A DNA stretch of 64,000 nucleotides from a bacterium (GCA_030426125.1 JAUHZB010000004.1:9253-73252), one strand, 5' to 3'; shown: positions 19,063-30,105, counted from the first letter of the stretch. Notes: generated from the letters alone by a model not told the origin. Numbers and translations: made by a program.

Positions 19063-19824
19063 ATGACAAATACTATAGCTATTCTGAACCAAAAGGGGGG
19101 AGTTGGTAAGACAACCACGACTCTAAATCTTGCCGCTTACTTATCGAAGCGAGGCAAGACTGTATTGGTAGTTGATCTTGATCCACAAGGTAACGCTACT
19201 AGTGGGCTAGGGGAAGCAAAGAATAACCTAGAAACCTCTATATATGATGTACTTTTTTCTCGAGCTGCCACCCACCAGGCAATTAAAGAAACTAATTTAA
19301 AGAACCTTTATCTCCTGCCAGCTAATGCTCAGTTAGCAGCTAGTGAAGTGGAGTTAGCTGACACAACTCAGCGTGAGTTTAAATTAAAGATGGCCCTAAA
19401 GGGTCTAGATTATGACTATATTTTGATCGATTGTCCGCCTTCGCTTGGTTTGCTGAGTGTTAATGCCTTAACGGCCGCCGAATATGTACTAGTACCAGTT
19501 CAGACCGAGTACTATGCACTCGAAGGATTAGGCCAGCTTCTAGAGGTTATTCAGCGGGTGAACGCTGGATTAAATCCAGGGCTTCAACTTCTCGGGGTGG
19601 TAATGACAATGCATGACAGTAGAACTAGTTTATCCGATCAAGTAGTCGATGAGATTAAAAAACATTTTGGAAGTAAGTTAATGGATACCATAATTCCTAG
19701 GAATGTAAGATTAGCCGAGGCGCCTAGTCATGGAAAAACAATAGTAGAACATGATAAATGGTCTAAGGGCGCAAGAAGTTATAAAGCACTAGCAAAGGAG
19801 ATTGAAACACGTGTCAAAAAGTAA
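19063..19824 (+). CDS. parA: ParA/Soj chromosome partitioning ATPase
   Basis: NQKGGVGKTT, DLDPQGN, DCPPSLG, RLAEAPS. Confidence 0.96.
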   Translation: MTNTIAILNQKGGVGKTTTTLNLAAYLSKRGKTVLVVDLDPQGNATSGLGEAKNNLETSIYDVLFSRAATHQAIKETNLKNLYLLPANAQLAASEVELADTTQREFKLKMALKGLDYDYILIDCPPSLGLLSVNALTAAEYVLVPVQTEYYALEGLGQLLEVIQRVNAGLNPGLQLLGVVMTMHDSRTSLSDQVVDEIKKHFGSKLMDTIIPRNVRLAEAPSHGKTIVEHDKWSKGARSYKALAKEIETRVKK

Positions 19825-20692
19825 GTTAGGTAGAGGTTTTGATTCATTATTCCCAACTGATTTTGATCAGACAATTCTCGATAATCGGGAAACAATTCAA
19901 GATATTAAGGTTAATAAATTAGAACCAAATCCAGAGCAACCCCGAAAAGTGTTTGATGATAGTGAGCTAGAAGGCCTAGCTGCTTCAATAAAAGAACACG
20001 GTTTAATTCAACCTATAGTGGTAACTCCAAACGGTGACAAGTACTACATCATAGCTGGTGAGAGGCGTTGGCGTGCTTCTAAAAAATTAGGCCTAGAAAA
20101 TATTTCGGCAGTAGTTAGAACTGCCGAACAGCTACAACGCTTAGAGCTAGCTTTAGTAGAAAACGTACAACGGGTTAATCTATCGCCCTTGGAGCAGGCT
20201 GCTTCTATAAAGCACTTACGTGATCAATTTAATATGGACCATCAGACTATTGCTAAGAAGCTAGGTAAATCACCCACGGCTGTTATTAACATTCAGCGTT
20301 TACTGTCGCTGCCCAAAGAAGTAGCTGATGCTCTAAATAGTAAGAAGATAACCGAAGGGCATGCTAGAGCAATACTGGGACTTAAAGATGCTAGCAAGCA
20401 GGTTGAACTGATGAATTTAGTTATCAAGAACAATTGGTCAGTGCGTCAGACAGAACGCTACGTTGTAGCTCAGAAGCAAGGAGCCGGGGAGGTAAAAGCA
20501 GCCATAAGGAAATCTAGCGCGACTACTAAACAAACTACACTGCTAACTAAAAAGCTGAAAGCTGATGTTAGTCTTCGAAGAATGGCTAAGGGCGGGAAAA
20601 TTGAGATTAGCTACAAAAACGACAAAGACCTAGATCGAATTACTGATCTTATTGCTGGGAACGCAAAAACTACTAAGAAAACAAAAAGCTAA
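19811..20692 (+). CDS. parB: ParB/Spo0J partition protein
   Basis: LGRG N-terminal motif, NPEQPR, IAGERRWRA, ENVQR; GTG 19811 after AAGGAG. Confidence 0.96.
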   Translation: MSKSKLGRGFDSLFPTDFDQTILDNRETIQDIKVNKLEPNPEQPRKVFDDSELEGLAASIKEHGLIQPIVVTPNGDKYYIIAGERRWRASKKLGLENISAVVRTAEQLQRLELALVENVQRVNLSPLEQAASIKHLRDQFNMDHQTIAKKLGKSPTAVINIQRLLSLPKEVADALNSKKITEGHARAILGLKDASKQVELMNLVIKNNWSVRQTERYVVAQKQGAGEVKAAIRKSSATTKQTTLLTKKLKADVSLRRMAKGGKIEISYKNDKDLDRITDLIAGNAKTTKKTKS

Positions 20693-21432
20693 AAAGATTC
20701 ACCTTTACTAAAAGGGTAGACTCTTAATGAAAGCTTTCCAACAACATCATCGAGTGGAACCGGACCAAAAGCCCTAGAGTCTTGAGATTGGGGTCGATTG
20801 TCACCCATTACAAAGATTGAATTTTCAGGAATTGTTAAGTTGATATCGCCGTCAGTGTTGGTTATTACGTCGCCGTATTCCGCCTTATCTGGCTCGAAAC
20901 CGTCAGGATTTTGTTCGTTGTAAACAGTAACTTTATTATTCTTGATTCTGACCGTTTCACCAGGCAGAGCAATAACTCTCTTAATTAGCTGTCTGTCGCT
21001 AGTCCCACCTAGGCTGTAGTTGTCATGCCTAGTGAAAATTACTATTTCACCTCGTTCTGGAACGTAGGGGTTGTTAGTTATTTTGGCAATAGTTCTAGGC
21101 AATTTGTAGACGATTAAGCGATCTTTATTTTGTAGGGTTGTCTCCATGCTCGGTCCATCAACTTCATAAGATTGGAACACAAAAGCGGTTAATGCCAGAG
21201 CGATTAAAGGGGCAATAACTAGTATTGCAACTGTAGAGACAATACTTTTTAGATTATTTTTCTTGATCTCCTCGTCCGATTTTTTTTGGTTGTCTTCTGG
21301 CTGTAGTATCTCGCCAATTGGATCAATATCTGAATCGCCAGCAGGACTACCTGGGCTATCTGGCTGTGCTGGAGGCGGTACATTTGGGCTAGTCCCAGCG
21401 CTATTTTGGTCATTGTTTGTTTGCGGTGCCAT
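20689..21432 (-). CDS. lepB: Signal peptidase I
   Basis: GPSMETTL, IKRVIALPGE, GDNR..S.DSR; ATG 21432 lies 7 nt after TATAGT. Confidence 0.94.
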   Translation of the reverse strand: MAPQTNNDQNSAGTSPNVPPPAQPDSPGSPAGDSDIDPIGEILQPEDNQKKSDEEIKKNNLKSIVSTVAILVIAPLIALALTAFVFQSYEVDGPSMETTLQNKDRLIVYKLPRTIAKITNNPYVPERGEIVIFTRHDNYSLGGTSDRQLIKRVIALPGETVRIKNNKVTVYNEQNPDGFEPDKAEYGDVITNTDGDINLTIPENSIFVMGDNRPQSQDSRAFGPVPLDDVVGKLSLRVYPFSKGESF

Positions 21433-21533
21433 CGTGATTACTATACTAGAAATAGGATAATCATGCACATGTTTAATAACAATAAACAATGATGGTCAGT
21501 CCTAGCCTTGATTTGCTATAATGGAGTAATCGT

Positions 21534-22289
21534 ATGAGACAAAGATTTGCAAAATACAAACCGGCGACTGGCTACTCCCATTTAATTCATATAGCCTTAA
21601 CTTTGTTACTTCCTGCAATAATTTTTGTTATTGTTCGACTTGGTTTTTATCAACTAGAACTTGGTCTAGCGGTAATACTACTTAGTAAGTGGCGAATTTT
21701 TGCGGTTAAACCTCGTCACTGGCCAGCCAATCTGAGAGTTAATGCAGTTGATCTAATTGTCGGTCTTTCGGTCTTAGTATTTATGGTCCAATCCAGTACT
21801 CAACTACTACAGTTATTCTGGGCTATTATTTATGGTATTTGGCTGCTGTACATTAAGCCAATGTCTAATGTGCAGGGAAGTTCTATTCAGGCACTGATTG
21901 CGATGACATTTGGATTTTCGGCCTTATTTATAGCTCTTGGAGGATCGTCATTATACGTATTAGTAATTTTAGCCTGGCTGTTAGGCTACATGACTTCAAG
22001 GCACTTTTTGATTGCTTTTGAGGAGCCACTAATCAAATATCTGGCATATGTGTGGGCATATTTCTGTGCAGCTCTTACTTGGATTCTAGGTCATTGGCTA
22101 TTGTTCTATGGTCCAATAGCTCAACCAGCTCTATTAATTTCGATTCTTGGATTTGGTTTTAGTGGTATCTACTACCTACATCGATCAGATAAAAGCTCTG
22201 TTATACTAAGAAGGCAAATAGTATTTGTGGTTTTTGCGATTTTGGTTATTATTATCACTTTCTCTGACTGGGGTGATAAAGCTATTTAG
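21534..22289 (+). CDS. Hypothetical multi-pass membrane protein
   Basis: About 8 hydrophobic segments; LSKWRIFAVKPRHW motif. Confidence 0.75.
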   Translation: MRQRFAKYKPATGYSHLIHIALTLLLPAIIFVIVRLGFYQLELGLAVILLSKWRIFAVKPRHWPANLRVNAVDLIVGLSVLVFMVQSSTQLLQLFWAIIYGIWLLYIKPMSNVQGSSIQALIAMTFGFSALFIALGGSSLYVLVILAWLLGYMTSRHFLIAFEEPLIKYLAYVWAYFCAALTWILGHWLLFYGPIAQPALLISILGFGFSGIYYLHRSDKSSVILRRQIVFVVFAILVIIITFSDWGDKAI

Positions 22290-22343
22290 AAGGTCAGATT
22301 AGAAACCTATAACTAAAACGACAATAATCAGACGGGAGGGTGT

Positions 22344-23618
22344 GTGAATAAGGAAGAGCCAATAAAACAGACAGAAAATAAGCCTATAGCTGAACGGTTA
22401 GCAGGGGCTAATGTAAATCGAACTACTAGTCAGCCGCCAGTATCAAAATTGACAAATAACTCTAACAAAGCCGATCGAAAGCTGAAAAAAAGCAAAACTA
22501 TGCTACTCGTTCTAGTTAGTATTGTAGCTGGCTTTATTGGCGGCTGGGCAGGTGGTCAAAATAATCAGCTTGGTTTAGCTCCCAGTAGCGATACTCAGCA
22601 ACAGATTATTGCTAGCGAAAGCCAGTTAATTAATCAGATAGCAAAAGATGTTGGGCCTAGTGTGGTGTCGGTTAATGTGTCCAGTACGGCAAGCACCAAC
22701 AGCTTCTTTGGGAGTGATTCGATAGCTCAACAATCGGCTGGAACAGGAGTAATCATCAGCAATGATGGAGTTATAATGACAAATAGACACGTAATCCCGG
22801 CTACTACTAAAAGCGTCAGCGTAACGTTGTCTGATGGTACTACTTTTGAAGACGTTGAGGTGATTGGTAGAACTAATGAAAGTGACTCGCTGGACGTTGC
22901 ATTTTTGAAAATTACCGACAGTAAGGGCAAGAAGTTATCCCCTGCAAAAATTGCTGACTCTAGTAAGGTAGAGGTTGGAGATAAAGTAGTGGCTATAGGT
23001 AATGCTCTCGGGCAGTTCCAAAATACGGTAACTAGTGGAATAATCTCTGGTTACGGGCGAGATGTTCAAGCCTCGGATGGTAGCGGTCGTTCAGTAGAGA
23101 CTCTGCAAAATCTTTTCCAAACTGACGCGGCAATTAACCAAGGTAATTCTGGTGGCCCTTTAGTGAACACAAATAGTGAAGTAATAGCTTTGAATACTGC
23201 CGTAGCTGGTGGTGATGCCCAAAACATTGGCTTTGCTATACCGATGAACGACATTTCAGGTTTAATCGATAGTGTCCTGACAGAGGGTAAACTTCTAAGA
23301 CCATACCTCGGTGTTAGATATATTAGCCTAACAGATGACATTGCCGTTCAATACGAGCTTGATGCAAAGCGGGGAGCCTACCTTGCACCTGCTAACCCTG
23401 GCACCGCGACAGTGCTACCTGATAGTCCGGCTGACAAAGCAGGTCTTCAGGAAGAGGATATAATCGTGAGTGTTGATGACGTAAAAATTGACGAGAAAAA
23501 CAGCTTAACCTCAATATTGGGCCGTAAATCAGTTGGTGATGAGGTGACCTTGAAGGTAATTAGAGGCGGTGAAGAAATATCGCTAAAAGCGACACTTGAG
23601 GCGGCCCCAGAAGAGTAA
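22344..23618 (+). CDS. HtrA/DegP-like serine protease with PDZ domain
   Basis: TM anchor, TNRHV, QTDAAINQGNSGGPL, C-terminal PDZ (SPADKAGL). Confidence 0.95.
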   Translation: MNKEEPIKQTENKPIAERLAGANVNRTTSQPPVSKLTNNSNKADRKLKKSKTMLLVLVSIVAGFIGGWAGGQNNQLGLAPSSDTQQQIIASESQLINQIAKDVGPSVVSVNVSSTASTNSFFGSDSIAQQSAGTGVIISNDGVIMTNRHVIPATTKSVSVTLSDGTTFEDVEVIGRTNESDSLDVAFLKITDSKGKKLSPAKIADSSKVEVGDKVVAIGNALGQFQNTVTSGIISGYGRDVQASDGSGRSVETLQNLFQTDAAINQGNSGGPLVNTNSEVIALNTAVAGGDAQNIGFAIPMNDISGLIDSVLTEGKLLRPYLGVRYISLTDDIAVQYELDAKRGAYLAPANPGTATVLPDSPADKAGLQEEDIIVSVDDVKIDEKNSLTSILGRKSVGDEVTLKVIRGGEEISLKATLEAAPEE

Positions 23619-23653
23619 TAGTTGGCTTAGCCAATTCGATTTACTTACTTCTG

Positions 23654-24496
23654 TTAAGTAGCTGTTCTTTGTCTGAAAAGTTGGACTAAATGATCACTGC
23701 CCATGAGGCTATAACCAATCTCTTCCATGATTTTATTTAGCTCGGCATGCTGAGATAGTAGGCTTTCGGTTAGGATGAAAGTAGGTTTAGCGATTTTTGG
23801 GCTACTCGTATTTAAACCACTTATTTGGTTAGCCAAGCCTCTATACAAGTCCAGACCATCACCATCTACAAACAATGCGGTTCTGGGTTCATAATCTAGT
23901 TCTTTTTCCACTTTCATGTCACTTGGCACGTAGGGTAGATTGGCTAGAATGATGCCATAGGAGTTGGTGGTATCTAGTAAGTTAGTTTGCTTGAATGACA
24001 CCTCGGCATTAAGCTGTTCGGCGTTGTTGCGAGCTACTTTTAAAGCCTCGGCGCTGATATCTGATAGCGTAACGTTTAGGTTAGGATGTTCTAGTTTAGC
24101 GCTGATACCAAGTATTCCTGACCCGGTTCCAATATCTAGTAGATTTCCAGTTGAGAGCCCATGTTTCTTTAACAGCTCAATGAAGCTTTCTGATTCTGGT
24201 CTAGGTATTAGGACATCAGAATTGAGGACAAACTGGCGATTGTAGAATTCTTTATGTCCCAATAGGTAGGCTATTGGTTGGCGGTTTAGGCGGCTATCTA
24301 GTAATTCGTTAAGTTTAGTAAGTTGTTTTTTGTTTAGCGGGTCATCGAGGTGGGCTAGAAGACTAGCTCGATTTATACAAAGGACCTTTTCTAGTAATAA
24401 CAGACAGTCTAGACGGCTACTTTTTACCCCAGTTTTGTTTAGCTTTTCGGTTGATCCTGTCAACCAAGATTTAAGTGTGGTATTTTCTTGTTTCAA
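23654..24496 (-). CDS. prmC: Release factor glutamine methyltransferase
   Basis: VLIPRPE, DIGTGSG, NLPY; follows prfA. Confidence 0.93.
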   Translation of the reverse strand: MKQENTTLKSWLTGSTEKLNKTGVKSSRLDCLLLLEKVLCINRASLLAHLDDPLNKKQLTKLNELLDSRLNRQPIAYLLGHKEFYNRQFVLNSDVLIPRPESESFIELLKKHGLSTGNLLDIGTGSGILGISAKLEHPNLNVTLSDISAEALKVARNNAEQLNAEVSFKQTNLLDTTNSYGIILANLPYVPSDMKVEKELDYEPRTALFVDGDGLDLYRGLANQISGLNTSSPKIAKPTFILTESLLSQHAELNKIMEEIGYSLMGSDHLVQLFRQRTAT

Positions 24497-24507
24497 GATT
24501 ATTGTGC

Positions 24508-25563
24508 TTAGGATTCGTCTAATAATTTTTGGTTATATAGCTGCAGGTGCTCGTATAGATCATCTATCTCGCCATTTAAGGCACTAGGGATGTTGCTACG
24601 GCTGTAATTAATCCGGTGATCGGTGATTCTATCCTGAGGGAAGTTATAGGTTCGAATCTTTTCGCTCCTATCTCCAGAACCGATCAGGGCTTTTCGGGAG
24701 TCACTGAGTTTTTTCTGTTCTTCCTCAATCTTGTGTTGCAGTAGTCTGGAGCGGAGCACACCCATAGCCTTATCTTTGTTCTTTATTTGTGACTTTTCAT
24801 CTTGGCAGGTTACTACCAAACCACTGGGAAGGTGAGTAATACGCACTGCTGAATCAGTGGTGTTCACACTTTGACCACCGTGACCGCTGGCTCGGTAAAC
24901 ATCAATTTTAAGATCATTCTGTTTGATTTCGACATCTGTTTCTTCGGCTTCGGGTAGTACACTGACTGTGACTGTACTGGTATGTATTCGGCCCTGTGAC
25001 TCAGTAGAAGGAATTCTCTGAACCCTATGAACGCCAGCTTCAAATTTCAGGGTCTTGTATACCTCACTGCCACTAGCTGAGAAGATTACTTCTTTGTAGC
25101 CACCAACTTCGTTAGGGCTTTCACTAATTATCTCAACCTTAAAGCCTTTGTTCTCACACCAACGGGTATACATTCTAAACAGATCTCCAGCAAACAGGCT
25201 GGCTTCATCGCCTCCAGCAGCCGAACGTATTTCAATAATGGCGTTGCGATCATCGTTAGGGTCCGAAGGGATTAGAAGTAGCTTTAATTCTTGCAGGTTT
25301 TTTTCTAGCTGGCTTTCAATTTCTTCTAGTTCAGCCTTTGCTAGTTCGGCTAGTTCAGAGTTATTGTCCTGAGTTAATTTCTCTGAACTTTGTTTATTGG
25401 CTCTCAGCTCATTAATTTTGTCATAAAGATCAGTAATTTTTTCAAGTTCAGATAATCTTTTGGCTAATTTAGGATATTCCTTAGAACTGAAAATACTAGG
25501 ATCACTCAGGCGTTCCTTTAGCTCAGATAATTCTTTCCTTAGAGGTGCTTCTTTTTTTTCCAT
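24508..25563 (-). CDS. prfA: Peptide chain release factor 1
   Basis: [14 protein letters not shown] (PxT motif), GGQ, RTYNFPQ. Confidence 0.97.
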   Translation of the reverse strand: MEKKEAPLRKELSELKERLSDPSIFSSKEYPKLAKRLSELEKITDLYDKINELRANKQSSEKLTQDNNSELAELAKAELEEIESQLEKNLQELKLLLIPSDPNDDRNAIIEIRSAAGGDEASLFAGDLFRMYTRWCENKGFKVEIISESPNEVGGYKEVIFSASGSEVYKTLKFEAGVHRVQRIPSTESQGRIHTSTVTVSVLPEAEETDVEIKQNDLKIDVYRASGHGGQSVNTTDSAVRITHLPSGLVVTCQDEKSQIKNKDKAMGVLRSRLLQHKIEEEQKKLSDSRKALIGSGDRSEKIRTYNFPQDRITDHRINYSRSNIPSALNGEIDDLYEHLQLYNQKLLDES

Positions 25564-25639
25564 ATAGATTTCGTTTTATAAATACTCGGATATTTTAGGC
25601 AGTTTAAATAACTACCCATTAGTTAGATATTGTAAACAC

Positions 25640-25990
25640 TTATTTAGATTTAGCGACAGTTTTTTTCGGTTTTTCGACTTGGTCGGCGTTTTTGCGAACC
25701 CTGGTTTTGTTAGCCTTTTTCATAACCGCTTCTTTGCGCTTTGCAGCAGCTTCTTGGCGAGCCTTGAAACGATCTACTCGCCCTTCGATGTCGATCATCT
25801 TTTCTTGTCCAGTATAGAAGGGGTGTGATGCGCTACTGATGTGTACAGTAACTAGTGGATATTCTTTGCCATCGGTGTACTTAATGGTTTCTTTGGTAGC
25901 AACAGTCGACCTAGTTAAAAATAACTGGTCGTTGTTAAGATCTTTAAAAACCACTAGGCGGTAATTGTCGGGATGAATCTCTTTTTTCAT
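25640..25990 (-). CDS. rpmE2: 50S ribosomal protein L31 type B (zinc-free) with basic C-terminal extension
   Basis: [23 protein letters not shown]; no Cys. Confidence 0.93.
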   Translation of the reverse strand: MKKEIHPDNYRLVVFKDLNNDQLFLTRSTVATKETIKYTDGKEYPLVTVHISSASHPFYTGQEKMIDIEGRVDRFKARQEAAAKRKEAVMKKANKTRVRKNADQVEKPKKTVAKSK

Positions 25991-26002
25991 AATCAGTGCT
26001 GA

Positions 26003-26031
26003 ATTATACACATCTGTTGCTATCTGGTCAA
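26003..26031 (-). promoter_or_regulatory. Sigma70-type promoter of rpmE2-prfA-prmC
   Basis: On minus strand TTGACC-17 nt-TATAAT. Confidence 0.7.
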
Positions 26032-26063
26032 TAGTATCATCATTAAGGGGGATGTATCAGTAG

Positions 26064-26201
26064 TTGTAATAGGGGCTCTAATCTGTTACAATTGGCTACA
26101 TTGTTAAATTAAACAGGTGAGTACGACAATCCTCCTGAGCTGATCTTATCTAGTAGGACAATTTCCAGGCAGTGTACTCTCCGGTGAGAAAGGATTTTAT
26201 C
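26064..26201 (+). promoter_or_regulatory. rpsB promoter and structured 5' leader (candidate S2 autoregulatory element)
   Basis: TTGTAA-17 nt-TACAAT (26064-26092); leader pairings GAGTAC/GTACTC and CCTG/CAGG. Confidence 0.55.
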
Positions 26202-26924
26202 ATGGCTACAGATGTAGACATTAAAAAACTATTACAAGCCGGTGCCCATTTTGGTCATAAGACTAGCCGTTGGCACCCTAAAATGGCGCCTTATATACAC
26301 AGTAAGCGCGAAGGAACACATATTATTGACCTAACAAAAACAGTAGCCGGAATAGAAGACGCAATGACTTTTATTAGCAAAACTGTTAGTGAAGGTAAGC
26401 AAATCCTGTTGGTAGGAACTAAAAAGCAAGCTAAAGATCTAGTAAAAAAGGTAGCTGAAGACACTGGAATGCCTTATGTTACAGAGCGCTGGTTAGGTGG
26501 AATGCTAACTAACAAACAAACTATTGGTGAGCGAATTAAACACCTTAAAGATCTTGAGAGCCGGATGGCTAGCGGTCAATTGGACGCTAAATATAACAAG
26601 CTAGAAGTTCAACGCTTCCAGGAAGAAATAGATCAGATGAATAATCTTTACGGTGGCGTTAAAGATATGGCTGTTAAACCAGGCGCAGTTTTTGTTGTCG
26701 ACATAAATAATGAAATGAATGCTTTAAAAGAAGCCATTAAGTTAAACTACAAGACTATTGCAATAGCTGATACTAATACCGATCCAAGTGATGTTGACTA
26801 CGTAATCCCAGCTAACGATGATGCAATTAAAACTCTTCAGCTGATATTGGATTACATTAAGAGCGCAATTGAGGATGGGAAGTCCAAGCAAAAAGCAAAA
26901 GCTAGCGACAAGGAGGAAAAATAG
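26202..26924 (+). CDS. rpsB: 30S ribosomal protein S2
   Basis: AGAHFGH, RWLGGMLTN, IPANDD. Confidence 0.97.
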   Translation: MATDVDIKKLLQAGAHFGHKTSRWHPKMAPYIHSKREGTHIIDLTKTVAGIEDAMTFISKTVSEGKQILLVGTKKQAKDLVKKVAEDTGMPYVTERWLGGMLTNKQTIGERIKHLKDLESRMASGQLDAKYNKLEVQRFQEEIDQMNNLYGGVKDMAVKPGAVFVVDINNEMNALKEAIKLNYKTIAIADTNTDPSDVDYVIPANDDAIKTLQLILDYIKSAIEDGKSKQKAKASDKEEK

Positions 26925-27521
26925 ATGAAAGTTAGTATCGAAGACGTTAAGAGACTAAAGAACCTAACTGGAGTTGGTTTAACTGATGCCAAGAAAGCTC
27001 TAGAAGAAGCTGACGGTGACTTCGATAAAGCTCTTGAAGCAATGCGTAAAAAAGGCCTAACTAAGGCTGAAAAGCGTGGTGAGCGAGAAGCTCGAGCTGG
27101 AATGGTTGGAACTTACAACCATGATGGGCGTATTGGTGTATTAGTTGAAGTAAACTGCGAAACTGACTTTGTTGCTAGAACCGATGGGTTCACTGATCTA
27201 GTGAAAGATATAGCCATGCATATTGCTGCAGCTTCGCCAGAATTCTTAAGTGTTGAAGATATCCCTGCAGAAGTTAGAGATGCAAAAAAAGCAGAGTTCA
27301 GCGAAAAGGCAAAATCTGAAGGCAAACCGGAGAAAATGCTAGAAGGAATTGTTGAAGGAATGCTGAAGAAACATTTTGCTGAAAAGTGTCTACTAAGTCA
27401 GCCATTTGTTAAAAACCCTGATATTACAGTCGCTGAATTAGTCAAGGATGGCAACGCAAAAATGGGTGAAAACATTGTGGTTCGCCGTTTCAGCAGAATT
27501 GCTCTAGGCGAAATATCCTAA
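26925..27521 (+). CDS. tsf: Elongation factor Ts (short form)
   Basis: EVNCETDFVA; 198 aa. Confidence 0.97.
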   Translation: MKVSIEDVKRLKNLTGVGLTDAKKALEEADGDFDKALEAMRKKGLTKAEKRGEREARAGMVGTYNHDGRIGVLVEVNCETDFVARTDGFTDLVKDIAMHIAAASPEFLSVEDIPAEVRDAKKAEFSEKAKSEGKPEKMLEGIVEGMLKKHFAEKCLLSQPFVKNPDITVAELVKDGNAKMGENIVVRRFSRIALGEIS

Positions 27522-27604
27522 TTAGCCGTCTACAGGTCTAGCTAAAGATACAGATTCTTTTTAGAAATAAATGCTATACTTTGGGGTATAGGATAGGAGT
27601 AATT

Positions 27605-28168
27605 ATGAGCCCACAACAAGTTTTAGACGAAGCAAAATCCAAACTAAAGAAAATAGATAGTCATTTTGGCGAAGAGCTAAAGAAGCTTAGGACTGGCCGA
27701 GCATCGGCTAGTATGTTGGATGGGGTTATGGCCGAGGCTTATGGGACACCTATGCCTCTAAATCAGTTGGCAACAATTACCGCACCAGAGGCTCAATTAC
27801 TACAAATTACACCTTTCGATCCCAATAATCTGCAAGTAATATCGGCTGCAATTCGCGATAATCAGTCGCTTGGTCTAAACCCAGCTGACGATGGAAGAGT
27901 AGTTCGAGTTCCTATCCCGCCATTAACTGAGGAGAGGCGTCGAGAAATAAGTAAGCAAGTTCGTGCTAAACTTGAAGACTGTCTAATTAAAATGCGCGCC
28001 GTTCGACATGAAACTCTAAATACATTTGATCAAGCTAAAAAAGATAAAGATATTAGTGAAGATCAGGCTAGTAGATTGGCTTCCCAGGTTGAAGATCTAA
28101 TGAACAGCGCCAAGCAAGACGCTGAAGCTCAAGCCAGCAAAAAAGAAAAAGAGATAATGACAGTTTAA
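27605..28168 (+). CDS. frr: Ribosome recycling factor
   Basis: LRTGRA, PPLTEERR. Confidence 0.96.
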   Translation: MSPQQVLDEAKSKLKKIDSHFGEELKKLRTGRASASMLDGVMAEAYGTPMPLNQLATITAPEAQLLQITPFDPNNLQVISAAIRDNQSLGLNPADDGRVVRVPIPPLTEERRREISKQVRAKLEDCLIKMRAVRHETLNTFDQAKKDKDISEDQASRLASQVEDLMNSAKQDAEAQASKKEKEIMTV

Positions 28169-28185
28169 TAACTGTAATCTGACCT

Positions 28186-28911
28186 ATGGCATCTCTGGAG
28201 TCATCATCAAAAAATCTGCCAGTTCACCTTGGCTTAATTCTTGATGGCAATAGACGCTGGGCGAAGGAGCGCGGGTTAGCTCCGTTCAAGGGCCATAAGG
28301 CAGGATATACGAATCTAAAAGAAGTCGTTCAGGTAGCTTTTCGGCGTGGTGTTAAGTATGTCTCAGCTTATGTGTTTTCAGTTGAAAACTGGGGTCGAAG
28401 CAAGGAAGAGGTAGACTATCTAATGAAGCTACTTCTTTGGGTGGCTAAGAGTGAAGTTAATGAGTATAACAAGCAGAACATCAAGGTTGTTTTTATTGGT
28501 GAACAACAACGACTGTCAGCGGAGATAAAGAAACAGATGCGCCTAGCTGAACAGAAGACTGCAGATAATGATGGCGGAACGTTAGTTATATGTCTAAATT
28601 ATAGCGGCAAGTATGAGATTGCATCTGCATTGAAAAATATTGTAGGTAGTGGCGTAGAGACAGAAGATATTACACCTGAGCTGATAGAGGAGAATTTATA
28701 CCAGCCAGATGTGCCAGCTCTAGATCTAATTATTAGAACCTCTGGAGAACAACGGATCAGTAATTTTATGTTGTGGCGAGCTGCCTATAGTGAGTTGTAC
28801 TTCACAGATACTTATTGGCCAGACTTTAATGAAGCTGAATTAGACAAGGCGCTAACTGACTATTCAACTCGACAAAGAAGATTCGGTAAAGATTCTACTA
28901 AAGCCAAGTAA
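28186..28911 (+). CDS. uppS: Undecaprenyl/polyprenyl diphosphate synthase
   Basis: DGNRRWA, FSVENW, RTSGEQRISNF, RRFG. Confidence 0.96.
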   Translation: MASLESSSKNLPVHLGLILDGNRRWAKERGLAPFKGHKAGYTNLKEVVQVAFRRGVKYVSAYVFSVENWGRSKEEVDYLMKLLLWVAKSEVNEYNKQNIKVVFIGEQQRLSAEIKKQMRLAEQKTADNDGGTLVICLNYSGKYEIASALKNIVGSGVETEDITPELIEENLYQPDVPALDLIIRTSGEQRISNFMLWRAAYSELYFTDTYWPDFNEAELDKALTDYSTRQRRFGKDSTKAK

Positions 28912-28977
28912 TTATCTGTAAAATAACAAAAAAAGTTAAGCTATATTCGCTTTCAATATCCTGTATAATAGGGGAAT

Positions 28978-30105
28978 ATGTCTATAGCATTGTTAATCTT
29001 TGGGCTGGTTATGTTTGTTGGTCTGGTGGTGGTCCACGAGTTTGGCCACTACATTGCTGCTCGGAAAAGTGGTGTTATTGTAGAAGAATTTGGTATTGGC
29101 TTTCCACCTAGAGCTTGGGGTAGAAAATTAAAAGACGGCATGTTATTCACCTTAAACTGGCTGCCGCTAGGCGGTTTTGTAAAGTTGAAAGGGGAGAATG
29201 ATTCAGCTACCAGTAAAGGTAGTTATGGTTCGGTTCGATTGAGAAATAAAGTGTTAATCATGACTGCTGGTGTTGCAATGAATCTACTAACTGCTTTTAT
29301 ACTTTTTACATTCTTAGCCCTCGTAGGTATGCCAAAACTTATTGAGAATCAGTTTAGTGTAGATAGTGATACCACAGTCAGCAATAACCAAGTATTAGTT
29401 GGTTATGTGGCCGAGGACTCTCCAGCACAGCAGGCTGGTATTCAACCTAGAGATCAAATTACTGAGCTTTCTAGCGAAGATAAAACTTATGCAGTTGAAT
29501 CAGCCGAACAACTGCCAAGCATCACTAAAGATTTGCAGGATAAAGAGGTAACAATAAGTATTGTTCGCGACGGTCAGCCTGAACAGTTGAATGCTAGTTT
29601 GCGTTCAGAAGCGGAAGTAGAAGCTAGCGCAAATAGCGATCAACCTAAAGGTTATCTTGGAGTATCGCCAACAGAGTACACTATTAGACGCTCAACCTGG
29701 TCAGCCCCAATAGTAGCCGCTGGAATAATTGAGCAGTTTACCACTGAAACCCTTAAGGGTATTGGCAATGCCTTATTTAATCTAGTCAGGGGTAACGGAG
29801 GGGCAGCCAGCAGCCAGGTGTCTGGTCCGGTTGGAATATTCGTGATTCTTAAAGACGGTAGTTTGTTGGGTTACCAGTTCGTGCTAATGATAATTGCCAT
29901 TATCTCACTTACTTTAGCGATCATGAACGTACTGCCAATACCAGCTCTGGACGGTGGTCGACTATTTGTCACGCTGTTGTATCATAAAGTGCTCAGGCGC
30001 CCACTCTCTAAAGACACCGAAGAGCGTATTCACGGCACTGGGTTTGCTGTACTGATGATATTATTCGTACTGATTACAGTAGTCGACGTTAGAAGGTTCT
30101 TTTGA
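28978..30105 (+). CDS. rseP: RseP-like M50 intramembrane zinc metalloprotease with PDZ
   Basis: HEFGH, PLGGFV, NVLPIPALDGG. Confidence 0.94.
   Translation: MSIALLIFGLVMFVGLVVVHEFGHYIAARKSGVIVEEFGIGFPPRAWGRKLKDGMLFTLNWLPLGGFVKLKGENDSATSKGSYGSVRLRNKVLIMTAGVAMNLLTAFILFTFLALVGMPKLIENQFSVDSDTTVSNNQVLVGYVAEDSPAQQAGIQPRDQITELSSEDKTYAVESAEQLPSITKDLQDKEVTISIVRDGQPEQLNASLRSEAEVEASANSDQPKGYLGVSPTEYTIRRSTWSAPIVAAGIIEQFTTETLKGIGNALFNLVRGNGGAASSQVSGPVGIFVILKDGSLLGYQFVLMIIAIISLTLAIMNVLPIPALDGGRLFVTLLYHKVLRRPLSKDTEERIHGTGFAVLMILFVLITVVDVRRFF

Noticed and set aside
19802..19817. TTGAAACACGTGTCAA at the parA/parB junction as parS
   Set aside because: Only the CACGTG core matches the TGTTTCACGTGAAACA consensus
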